DNA from: Planctomycetota bacterium
GTDB lineage: Bacteria; Planctomycetota; UBA1135; GCA-002686595
NCBI GenBank assembly: GCA_965662915.1
Contig: CBFIJG010000001.1
Coordinates: forward strand, 173,929 to 237,928
DNA: 64,000 bases
Reading direction: 5' to 3'
This document shows, in pieces, positions 37,306 through 45,077 of the stretch (its first letter is position 1; each line of letters begins with the position of its first letter). The position numbers and the translations under genes were made by a program. Below the pieces are notes generated by a model, which was not told the origin of the DNA, did no database searches, and saw only the letters and a list, made by a program, of their open reading frames with translations.

Positions 37306-37974
37306 ATGGACACCGTCTCGAGGGGTTTTGCCGCAAGGGGCTCGGGAGTGCATCTTCGCTGCTGCCCGTGCTGTGGATTGGTGTCTCGGCTGGAGCGACT
37401 CGGCCCTCACCAGCGCGCGCGCTGCCCGCGTTGTCGAGCGCTCCTCCCCGGCCCAGTTCCTCCGAGTCGGGCCGGCCGCGTGACGGCTTACGTGACCGCG
37501 GTCTCTGTTGCCGCCCTCGCTCTATTTCCTTCCGCGGTGACATTGCCGATCATGCGGATCGAGGAGATGGGGCACTCCAGCGAGGCGAGTATCTGGTCGG
37601 GAGCCCTCGCGCTGCTTCGTGGCGGTGACCTCTTCGTGGGCTCCGTGGTGTTCCTGTGCTCCATCGTCTTTCCGCTGCTCAAGCTCGGGGGGCTGCTCGC
37701 GATCACCGCCGGGCGGCGCGGGCTTCGACGGCGCGCGCGCCGTGTGAGCTGGCGCGTGGTGGAGCTCACAGGGCGCTGGGGGATGCTCGACGTGCTCCTG
37801 GTCGCGGTCGTGGTTGCCTGGGTCAAGGTCGGTGACCTCGTGGACATCCAGCCCGGGCCCGCGGCGTTCTCCTTCACCCTCGTCGTGATCCTGAGCCTTC
37901 TCGCCACGGCGCTCTTCGACCCCCACGCTCTCTGGGACGAGACTCCCATCCAGACGCAGAAGACCCATGAGTGA
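37306..37974 (+). CDS. pqiA: paraquat-inducible protein A family membrane protein (single PqiA domain)
   Basis: Contains CCPCCGLVS...ARCPRCRALL (a zinc-ribbon-like start), TM helices and MLDVLLVAVVVAWVK. There is an 8-nt overlap with pqiB. Confidence 0.85.
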   Translation: MDTVSRGFAARGSGVHLRCCPCCGLVSRLERLGPHQRARCPRCRALLPGPVPPSRAGRVTAYVTAVSVAALALFPSAVTLPIMRIEEMGHSSEASIWSGALALLRGGDLFVGSVVFLCSIVFPLLKLGGLLAITAGRRGLRRRARRVSWRVVELTGRWGMLDVLLVAVVVAWVKVGDLVDIQPGPAAFSFTLVVILSLLATALFDPHALWDETPIQTQKTHE

Positions 37975-39460
37975 AAACGCACCGCAGTCGGACGGTCGGG
38001 GCGAATTCGACGCTCCCGCCGCGATCGTCGAGGACGCACCTGTTCGGCGAGGCCTGAGTGGACTGCTCTGGCTGGTTCCGCTCGCTGCGGTCGGGCTCTC
38101 CATCGGCTTCGCCGCTCGCGCGTATCAGCAGCTGGGCCCAACCGTGCTGATTCATGCTGTCCACGGTCACGGCATCGGGCGGGGCGATGCCGTGCGATAC
38201 CTCGGGACGCAGGTGGGCGAGGTGCGTCGTGTGGGGATCGAGGACGGGGTGGACGGAGACGGCGTCGAGATCGAGGTCGTGCTGGAGAAGGACGCGGCTT
38301 CACTGGCGAGAGCCGGCACGCTCTTCTGGATCGTTCGCCCGCAGCTCTCACTCGATGCCGTCTCGGGCCTCGAGACGATCATCGGGGCACAGTACATCGC
38401 GCTGCACCCGGGGCCGGACGAGGGCCCGCCGAACCGCGAGTTCAGCGCGCTGGCCGCGCCTCCGCTGGTCGATGAGTTGCGCGAGAGCCAGGGGCTGGAG
38501 ATCGTGCTCGAGGCGCCCGCTCGCTACGGCCTCCAGGCCGGCGCGGGAGTGTCCTATCGCGGCGTCAGGATCGGCAGCGTGATCTCCGTGGGGCTCGCCA
38601 GCGACGCCGCCTCCGTCGAGATCCGGGCGCGAATTCGGCGCGCCTACGCCCAGCTGGTCCGGGAGCGATCCGTGTTCTGGGAGACCGGCGGCGTGGAGCT
38701 CGGTCTCTCGATCACCTCCGGCTTCCAGATGGATCTCGATTCGCTGCGGACCGCCTTGATCGGGGGGATCTCGATGGCGACCCCACTCGACGGTGGCGTG
38801 GCCGTCACGGCCGGAACGCGTTTCGCGCTCGCCTCGGATCCCGAGGACGAGTGGGTCACCTGGGCTCCTGCTCTCCCGGTGGGGAACGACCTGCTCCCCG
38901 CGGGCGCGACGCTCCCTCGGCTCGCGCGCGCGACGCTCTGGTGGGCCGAGGGACGCGTCCTTCGGCAGGGGGTCGAGCGCGTTGGCTGGCTCCTCGTGAC
39001 CCACGACGGGCTCGTCGGTCCCGCCGACGTGCTCACCGTTCCCGAGTCGGCCCGCGATGGGCAGGCGCGGCTCGCGGTGGCGGGGATGACCTTCGAGCTT
39101 GCCACGCTCGAGACGGAGGGGTACGTGGCCGATGCGGGCGCTGGGCTGCGGACGCTCTCCTCGGCGTCGCTCGGCGACGCATGGTCGAGCCTTCGGCCGG
39201 AAGGGGCCGGGGCCTCAGGTCGTGGATCCCGAGTGCTGCTCGAGCCAGAGGATCTGATTCTCGTTCGAGACGGCGGACGCGCCCCTCTCGCGATCGCGAA
39301 CAGCCGACTCTCCCTCGAGGCGGACGGCATGGCCGTCGACCCCTCCGTCCCCCTGACGGCGGAGTGGCACGGGGCGGCCGCTCTGGCCCGAGAGGACGGA
39401 AGCCTCGTCGGCGTTCTGCTGCTGCTGGACAGCGGCGCACGGATCGTGCCAGCGCCTTGA
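37967..39460 (+). CDS. pqiB: PqiB-like MCE/MlaD-domain intermembrane transport protein
   Basis: N-terminal TM anchor followed by repeated MCE units (GIGRGDAVRYLGTQVGEVRRVGI; QAGAGVSYRGVRIGSVISVGL). Confidence 0.85.
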   Translation: MSENAPQSDGRGEFDAPAAIVEDAPVRRGLSGLLWLVPLAAVGLSIGFAARAYQQLGPTVLIHAVHGHGIGRGDAVRYLGTQVGEVRRVGIEDGVDGDGVEIEVVLEKDAASLARAGTLFWIVRPQLSLDAVSGLETIIGAQYIALHPGPDEGPPNREFSALAAPPLVDELRESQGLEIVLEAPARYGLQAGAGVSYRGVRIGSVISVGLASDAASVEIRARIRRAYAQLVRERSVFWETGGVELGLSITSGFQMDLDSLRTALIGGISMATPLDGGVAVTAGTRFALASDPEDEWVTWAPALPVGNDLLPAGATLPRLARATLWWAEGRVLRQGVERVGWLLVTHDGLVGPADVLTVPESARDGQARLAVAGMTFELATLETEGYVADAGAGLRTLSSASLGDAWSSLRPEGAGASGRGSRVLLEPEDLILVRDGGRAPLAIANSRLSLEADGMAVDPSVPLTAEWHGAAALAREDGSLVGVLLLLDSGARIVPAP

Positions 39461-39939
39461 GATCGCCTGAGGCCCGGTCCCGGCTGTCGCACCAGCGCGA
39501 GTCGGCGGGATTCGAGCTTCGGGATGTCTCATCACCGGTGCTCAGCCGACCTGTGCTGCGCGCTGCGGATCACTCGTCGCCGAATCCCGGGTTACCGGAC
39601 AAGATTCGCCGAGGTGTGCCGATCTCCTCGACGGAAGGAAGCGAGTGTCGCTTGGTTGCGCAGCAACGAGCGGCCGCCCGTACGCCAGCCATCGCCATGA
39701 TGTGGCGCCGTCCCCCGCTCGGCCCTGCCGATCGGGGTTCTGGCCTGCCCCGTTGTGCTGGCAGCCGTTGATCGGCCAGGCGTTCGGATCGGACCCCGTG
39801 CGACGACGAGAGTCACTTCGCGCGGGGTCCCTTCTTGCCCTGGCGAAACGCGCCCCGTGAACGGGAGCCCTGAAATCGCATCATGCGGGGCTGCCGAGCG
39901 GATCGACACGCGAGGATTTCCCAGGGCCCGTGCCCGCAC

Positions 39940-42204
39940 TCACTCCCGGTACTCGGAGTCGTGGACGGAGGCCCGCGCCTGCTTCGTGCGAGAGACCGGG
40001 GATCGATGCTTCGTGGTCTCGAGGATCGTGCGGAGTCCCCGCCCCCGGGCTCCGCGACTCAGGTGCAACAAGGCGTCGATGTCGGGGGTCTCCAGGAGGA
40101 ACTCATGGATGCACTGCCTCACGGATTGCCCCGGCGCGCGTCGTTCGAGCGCGATGATGGCATCGCTGAGGAGCGCCACGTTGTCGAGGTTCACCGTTGA
40201 ATCGTCGTCCCCGGCGAATCCCACCGGATCCAGCCCGAGTTCCCGGATGCGTGCGGCGGCCCTTTCGGCTTCACGGCTGAGCTTGAAGTCAGCGGGGTCC
40301 GCGACGAGGAGCACGCGAGTCCCGGGGGTGAGTGCACGGAGCTCGTCCGCGACGGAACTGTGGAAGATCGACTGGGCGGGTGTGGTCTGCGCGCTGACTA
40401 CGGCAGCCTCAATGGAGTCCAGGCGCACCTGACGGGCACTCTCCTGGGAGCCGAGCCCGTTTCGCTCGCTACTCCGCGTGAACTCGATCATCCCGCCTGC
40501 GATCCCTCCGAAGATCGCGAGGACGAAGAGGGCCTTGATGAAGCCACGGCCGCGTTTGCGGCGCTGCGCCTTGGCGCGTTGACGCGCGTCGATTCTGGCC
40601 TGCCTGGCGTCCTCACGCGCCGCTCGAACGCGCTCACGTCGCGCCCGATGCTCGGCGCGGATCTCGCTCATCGACCGCTTCACGCGTCCCAGTCCCTTCA
40701 CCTCGGCAGAGAGACCGAAGGCGCTGAAGCGCGTGACATCCACATCCTCAGCGTCATGGGCAGTCCGCGACTCGCCCGTGCGCCTGGGTCCTGGCGCGTC
40801 TTCGTTCATGGACGGCAGGTCCACCGGCGCGACGGCGTCCGGGTCCTGTGCAGCGATGAGGACGTCGATGTCGCGCCCGAGCTCCTCGGCGGAGGCGTAT
40901 CGCTTGTCGATGTCCGCCATGGCGCGACGCACGATCCAGCGGAGCGCGCCTGGCGCCGGCTTGCTGATGGAGGACAGCGATCCGTGGGCCGGGAAACTGT
41001 TCTCGACCATCGCGTAGATGACCGCGCCGGCGCTGTACAGGTCGAACTTCACGCCATCGACGTCCTTCACACGACGTCCGGCGAGCGCGAGGCGTACGAG
41101 CTCGGGGTCGCGGAAGAACTCGGTCCCGTGGGTCGTGAGGGTCAGAGCGGACTCCAGAGGGGTGACGAGCCCGAAGTCCACGACCTGCAGGCGCTTGCCC
41201 GCGACCATGAGGTTGGACGGCTTGATGTCCTTGTGCCAGAGGCCCTCGTCGTGGAAGCGCTGCAGGTGGTCGCAGAGATCGCGGGCGTACCCGAGGACCG
41301 TCCGCAGCTGCTCGGCGTCCAGTCCGTCTCCGCGGCTCTGCGCGTGGAGTCCCCGCGTCGCGGTGTCGAGATCGTCACCCGGGACGAACGGCATCACGTA
41401 GTGGAACGCGTCCTCCTGGAGGGCGTGGTCGAGGACGAGGCCGAGGCGCTTCGCGGCGTCGAGGGAGCGGCTTTCCCGGACGATCTGGGGAATCGTGGAG
41501 CCGTAGCCCAGGTCGAACGCTTTGATCACGACCTTGGCGGGAGCCTGGATTCCCTTCTTCATCCACTCGGACGCCTTTTGGGGTGTGGGAGTGGCCGAGA
41601 AGAGGCGGGCGCCCGAGCCGCCGGCTCGCAGCTCATCGAGGAGGTCGTAACCCTCGAACCCGGGCATGTCGCCGCGACGAAGAGCGTCCCCGTTGGACGA
41701 GGAGATCGAACCGGAGCGGCGGCTGGAGAAGAGCCCGGTCCCCCGTCGACGCCGAGCGTCTCCGGTCATGGGCTCCTCTTCCAGGAGCTCCGGGAGTCTC
41801 CGCTCGAGCCCGTCGGTGAGTGCCCCGAGGCCCAGGAAGCGCACTGGATGCCCGATCCCTACGCGGTAGACGCAGGCGAGGGCGTTCATGAGCTCGTCCT
41901 CGACCGCCGCACCGTAATGGCTCGCCGCGGAGAATCTGAAGAGGGCGAGGTTCGCGATTGCGAGGGGAAGCACGAAGCTCGCCGTGAGCACGCTTCCGGC
42001 GAACTGGAGCGAGTCGACCACGACTCCCATCAAGAATCGGGCGACGTGACGAAGGATGCCACCGAACACCTGCAAGGTCCCGCCGATCGCGAAGCCCAGC
42101 ACCTTCAGGACCTGCAGGATCAGCCAGACCGCGACGACCGGGGCCATCGCGATGATGACGATCCCGATGCCGAAGGCGAGGAACCCGATCAGGGGCTGTA
42201 TCAT
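39940..42204 (-). CDS. membrane-embedded Ser/Thr protein kinase
   Basis: N-terminal polytopic region (about 4 TM helices). The Hanks kinase core has VVIKAF (Lys), HKDIKPSNLMV and VVDFGL. A basic linker, another TM helix (FIKALFVLAIFGGIAGGMIEF) and an unknown C-terminal domain of about 190 aa follow. Confidence 0.88.
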   Translation of the reverse strand: MIQPLIGFLAFGIGIVIIAMAPVVAVWLILQVLKVLGFAIGGTLQVFGGILRHVARFLMGVVVDSLQFAGSVLTASFVLPLAIANLALFRFSAASHYGAAVEDELMNALACVYRVGIGHPVRFLGLGALTDGLERRLPELLEEEPMTGDARRRRGTGLFSSRRSGSISSSNGDALRRGDMPGFEGYDLLDELRAGGSGARLFSATPTPQKASEWMKKGIQAPAKVVIKAFDLGYGSTIPQIVRESRSLDAAKRLGLVLDHALQEDAFHYVMPFVPGDDLDTATRGLHAQSRGDGLDAEQLRTVLGYARDLCDHLQRFHDEGLWHKDIKPSNLMVAGKRLQVVDFGLVTPLESALTLTTHGTEFFRDPELVRLALAGRRVKDVDGVKFDLYSAGAVIYAMVENSFPAHGSLSSISKPAPGALRWIVRRAMADIDKRYASAEELGRDIDVLIAAQDPDAVAPVDLPSMNEDAPGPRRTGESRTAHDAEDVDVTRFSAFGLSAEVKGLGRVKRSMSEIRAEHRARRERVRAAREDARQARIDARQRAKAQRRKRGRGFIKALFVLAIFGGIAGGMIEFTRSSERNGLGSQESARQVRLDSIEAAVVSAQTTPAQSIFHSSVADELRALTPGTRVLLVADPADFKLSREAERAAARIRELGLDPVGFAGDDDSTVNLDNVALLSDAIIALERRAPGQSVRQCIHEFLLETPDIDALLHLSRGARGRGLRTILETTKHRSPVSRTKQARASVHDSEYRE

Positions 42205-42261
42205 TGCAGGCGGCTGGGTGCGTGGCTGAAGGGGCGTGGTCGGGTCGATCCGGGCGGAATC

Positions 42262-43020
42262 TCAGGCGCCACCGGGGGACCTGACATCCTCCGCCCGACG
42301 CTGCGCGAGTCGGGCGTAGATCTCGGCGATGGCGTCGTCGAAGGTGGCGTCCGCGGTCTTGGTGGGATTCCTCCCGAGCCCATTTCGCTCGAGCTCCGCC
42401 CATTCGTCCTCCGCGAAGGAGAACCGGGCGAAGATCTCGAACAGGAGCTCCTGAAGTCGCGCGCGGGCTCGGCCCAGTCGGCGACTCACTGTGGGCTCGG
42501 AGGTCCCGAGCGCCTGGGCGACCACGCGTCCACTCTCACCCTCCAGGACTCGCATGCGGAAGGTCTCGAAGTCGATCAGGTCCACCTCCCGCTCCAGCGC
42601 GCGGAGCGCAGCCTCGACCTTGGCGTCGAAGACCTCCAGCTCGTAATGCGCATCAGGACCGTCGGCCCCGGAATCAGGATCGATCTCCATGGGTCCGTCG
42701 AGCCGGAGCGGCTTGACGCCGCCACCGCGCTTCTGGGCGGTTCGTCGGTCGATCTCGTCTCCGAGGGTGTATTTCGCGATTGCGAGGAGCCATGTCGAGA
42801 AGCGGGCCCCTCGGGAGGGGTCGTGCCGATCGATGGCGCCGGCGAGTGCGATCATCGTGTCCTGACTCAGGTCCTGGACCGTCTCGAAGCCGATGCGGCC
42901 GCGGCCCCAGCGAGCGAGCTGAGAGCGCAGGACGGGCCCGAAGGTCTCCCAGAGTTCGAACCACGCCTGGCCATCGCGGGCGCGCAGGCGGCCGATGAAG
43001 CCTGTGGTGAGGTCGTGCAC
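42262..43020 (-). CDS. ECF-type sigma-70 family factor with C-terminal extension of about 80 aa
   Basis: Region 2 is VQDLSQDTMIALAGAIDRHDPSRGARFSTWLLAIAKYTLGDEI. Region 4 HTH is GRVVAQALGTSEPTVSRRLGRARARL. An additional helical tail follows (FSFAEDEWAELERNG...IAEIYARLAQRR). The gene lies 57 nt upstream of the kinase gene. Confidence 0.85.
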   Translation of the reverse strand: MHDLTTGFIGRLRARDGQAWFELWETFGPVLRSQLARWGRGRIGFETVQDLSQDTMIALAGAIDRHDPSRGARFSTWLLAIAKYTLGDEIDRRTAQKRGGGVKPLRLDGPMEIDPDSGADGPDAHYELEVFDAKVEAALRALEREVDLIDFETFRMRVLEGESGRVVAQALGTSEPTVSRRLGRARARLQELLFEIFARFSFAEDEWAELERNGLGRNPTKTADATFDDAIAEIYARLAQRRAEDVRSPGGA

Positions 43021-43156
43021 TGGTTGGGCGTCGAGCTGTGGGGCGGAGCGATCGCGCGGGAGAGAAGAGGTTTACGGGTCTTCCCTACACTACGGGGCGG
43101 CGGCCCCACCATTCACCAGACACCCTGAAGATCCGGATCCCGGGACCACTCATGGA

Positions 43157-43190
43157 TCCCGGCGAGGGCACGGTGCGTCCGGCGAGGGCA
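43157..43190. promoter_or_regulatory. tandem direct repeat TCC(C)GGCGAGGGCA x2 in a divergent promoter region
   Basis: The copies are tcccggcgagggca (43157..43170) and tccggcgagggca (43178..43190), with starts 21 nt apart. GGATCCCGG also occurs twice (43135 and 43154). The repeats lie between the sigma start (43020) and the start of 43336(+). Confidence 0.3.
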
Positions 43191-43335
43191 TGAGCGAACA
43201 ACGACGCTCTGGCGGCAGAAATCGCCGTGACGCTGAAAGTCGCCGGATCTGCTTCCCAGGAAGGGTGTGAGCCCCGCTCGGCCCGCTCGAAGGACGGCTG
43301 CAAGCGCGGGGTGATCTCCAACCCCCTCGAGACCC

Positions 43336-44187
43336 ATGCGCTTCATCTTCAAGACCCTCTTCCGCACCGCGGTGATCGGCACCGCGCTCTCCGCTGCCGT
43401 CCTCGGCGGCACCGCAATGATCGTCGGCCCCGAGCGGGTGGGCGCGATGGCCGAGCAGGTGACGAACCAGATCGAGACGCACTTCGACGACAGCCTGGAC
43501 GACCCGGTCGTCCTCCGGCGTCAGCTGGAGAAGGTTCGCCGACAGTACCCCGAGCGAATCAAGACTGTGCGGCGGGACCTCGCGAGCCTCCAGGACGAGG
43601 TGCGCCGGCTCGAGCACGAGCGGGCGGTCTCCGCGCGTGTCGTGGAGATGGTGGACAAGGACCTCGCGCTGATCGGGCCCGCTCTCGAGGACGCGAAGGC
43701 GCAGCTCGCGAGCAACGGGCCGCGACAGGCAGTCGTCGAATTCGACGGGGAGATCATGAGTCTCCGTCGGGCTCGCACGAAGGCGCGGGAGATCGAGCGA
43801 ACGCGGACGGCCCACGCGGCTCGCGCGGCGGACGCGGGGCACAACCTCAAGTACCTCCAGACCCAGGAGTCACGCTTCCTCGGGCTGCTCGAGCAGCTGG
43901 AAGAGGAGCAGGCGACGCTCTCGGCCCAGGTGATCCAGCTGGAGAACGAGGTCGAGTCGATCGCGCGGAACGAGCGCCTGATCGCCATGCTCGAGGCACG
44001 CCAGCGGACTCTGGAGAGCGCCGAGCGCTTCAAGGTCGGCAGCCTCGACCAGCTCACCGGCGTCCTCGAGCGGAAGCGCACCGAGCAGGAAGCGGAGCTC
44101 GATCGCCTCGCCGCAGGCGTGGAGGCCGCGAGCTACGAGGATCTCGCAGAGCGCGAACTGAGTGCGGTGTCCGCCCTGCGCGATTGA
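43336..44187 (+). CDS. membrane-anchored coiled-coil protein, PspA/IM30-like (tentative)
   Basis: N-terminal TM helix (AVIGTALSAAVLGGTAMIV) followed by about 240 aa of heptad-rich helix. The segment DDPVVLRRQLEKVRRQYPERIKTVRRDLASLQDEVRRLEHE has a layout reminiscent of the PspA N-terminal helix. The family assignment is unverified. Confidence 0.7.
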   Translation: MRFIFKTLFRTAVIGTALSAAVLGGTAMIVGPERVGAMAEQVTNQIETHFDDSLDDPVVLRRQLEKVRRQYPERIKTVRRDLASLQDEVRRLEHERAVSARVVEMVDKDLALIGPALEDAKAQLASNGPRQAVVEFDGEIMSLRRARTKAREIERTRTAHAARAADAGHNLKYLQTQESRFLGLLEQLEEEQATLSAQVIQLENEVESIARNERLIAMLEARQRTLESAERFKVGSLDQLTGVLERKRTEQEAELDRLAAGVEAASYEDLAERELSAVSALRD

Positions 44188-44230
44188 CGAAGTCCGCCCA
44201 CGGCCACGGGGCCAGAGCGCCGCGTTCGAG

Positions 44231-44257
44231 ACCGTGCGGGCTTCCAGCCCGCACGGT
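44231..44257 (+). terminator. terminator-like hairpin after 43336..44187
   Basis: Perfect 11-bp stem ACCGTGCGGGC / GCCCGCACGGT with a TTCCA loop, 44 nt after the stop. Confidence 0.55.
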
Positions 44258-44989
44258 CCCTCGCTTTGGCGTCGATCGGCATGCGCTGGCGGAGGGGCAG
44301 GCGGCTCCGTGAGTTCTCCCGTCCAGCCGCAACGTTCACCGCCCTTGGATGGGCTCGGGCTTCAGCCATCCGCTGCAGGCTGGGGGACCCGGCCAGGGGT
44401 TGACCGGCTCGGCAGTACAGCCCGCTGCATGCCTTCCGAGGCATCCCTGAAGGTTCCGGGCTTTCTCAGGTCGCCGGTGGCGCGAGGCGCTGTGCCTTCG
44501 GCCGTTTGTAGGCGAGCGAAGCGGAAGCGCCGTCGGGACTCCTGGACTGCTGAGGCGGTCGGACTTCGGCCGCCTCATGCTCTCGGGGAGAGCGCTTGCG
44601 TCGCCGTTCGGTGGCAACGGCGGAAACTCCCGGCGATCGAGATCCGGAGGTTGCGAATTGGACGGGCCTCAATGGGTGAGGGCCCACCAGGCCGAAGCGC
44701 GGCGGACCCTCTTGAGTGTGGGGATGCGTCCCGCAAGGGGCGCACCCGTCGGGCGCTCGTCTATCGACGCATCCCCCGGTTACCGTCACTCATCATCTGA
44801 CCACCTCCTTAGCTCAAGATTGTCCCGCCCCTGCTGTGACGTGGTGCAGGGGTAGGGCTCCGGAGAACGGCCCCGGCGTCCCAGGGCCACTCCTCAAATG
44901 GTGAGGAAGCGGTCGGCGAGTTGCAAGTCTCACCGAGAGCGGGAGTCCATGGCGCTCGAATCGGGCCAGGCGCTGGCTCGCTGTGAGCA
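44258..44989. other. hairpin-dense non-coding region (candidate structured RNA locus, strand unknown)
   Basis: No convincing ORF in any frame. Multiple perfect or near-perfect stems lie at 44551..44577 (11 bp), 44602..44622 (7 bp), 44664..44685 (8 bp), 44720..44776 (11-bp closing stem) and 44828..44852 (7 bp). On the minus strand, TAAGGAGGTGG (44811..44801) sits 4 nt upstream of ATGATG. Confidence 0.3.
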
Positions 44990-45030
44990 GCGAGGGCCGC
45001 GCTGGCAGGCGTCGCCAGCGCGGCCCTCGC
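44990..45030 (-). terminator. terminator-like hairpin after the 45078..48620 lipoprotein gene
   Basis: Perfect 17-bp stem GCGAGGGCCGCGCTGGC / GCCAGCGCGGCCCTCGC with a 7-nt loop, 48 nt downstream of the stop at 45078. Confidence 0.6.
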
Positions 45031-45077
45031 CGCACGCGCAAGGGCCCCGGGGCTCTGCGCTCGATCGCCCCAGGGGA

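Noticed and set aside
39461-39939. 479-nt gap between convergent pqiB and the kinase gene, considered as a tRNA or ncRNA locus (GGGATTCGAGC T-loop-like word; CGGGATTCG/CGAATCCCG long-range inverted repeat, approximate positions 39496..39590)
   Set aside because: No cloverleaf can be built around the T-loop-like word. The remaining structure is modest, and the ORFs there are compositionally non-coding. It is noted only as an unexplained gap.
40360-43128. 922-aa plus-strand ORF
   Set aside because: It is antisense to the Ser/Thr kinase and sigma factor genes, which have clear catalytic and HTH motifs on the minus strand. Its composition is Arg/Gly/Glu-rich low complexity.
44188-45077. Possible tmRNA, RNase P RNA, SRP RNA or 16S fragment in the long gap; CCACCTCCTTA at 44801..44811 resembles the 16S 3' end
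   Set aside because: I searched by eye on both strands for five elements:
- the tmRNA acceptor and T-arm;
- an ...ALAA-stop tag reading frame;
- the RNase P P4 strands (GGAAAGUCCGG and ACAGAACCCGGCUUA);
- the SRP domain IV motif (GGAAGCAGCC);
- 16S helix 45 context.

None is present. The anti-SD-like word is simply the complement of a minus-strand SD. A covariance-model scan is still needed.
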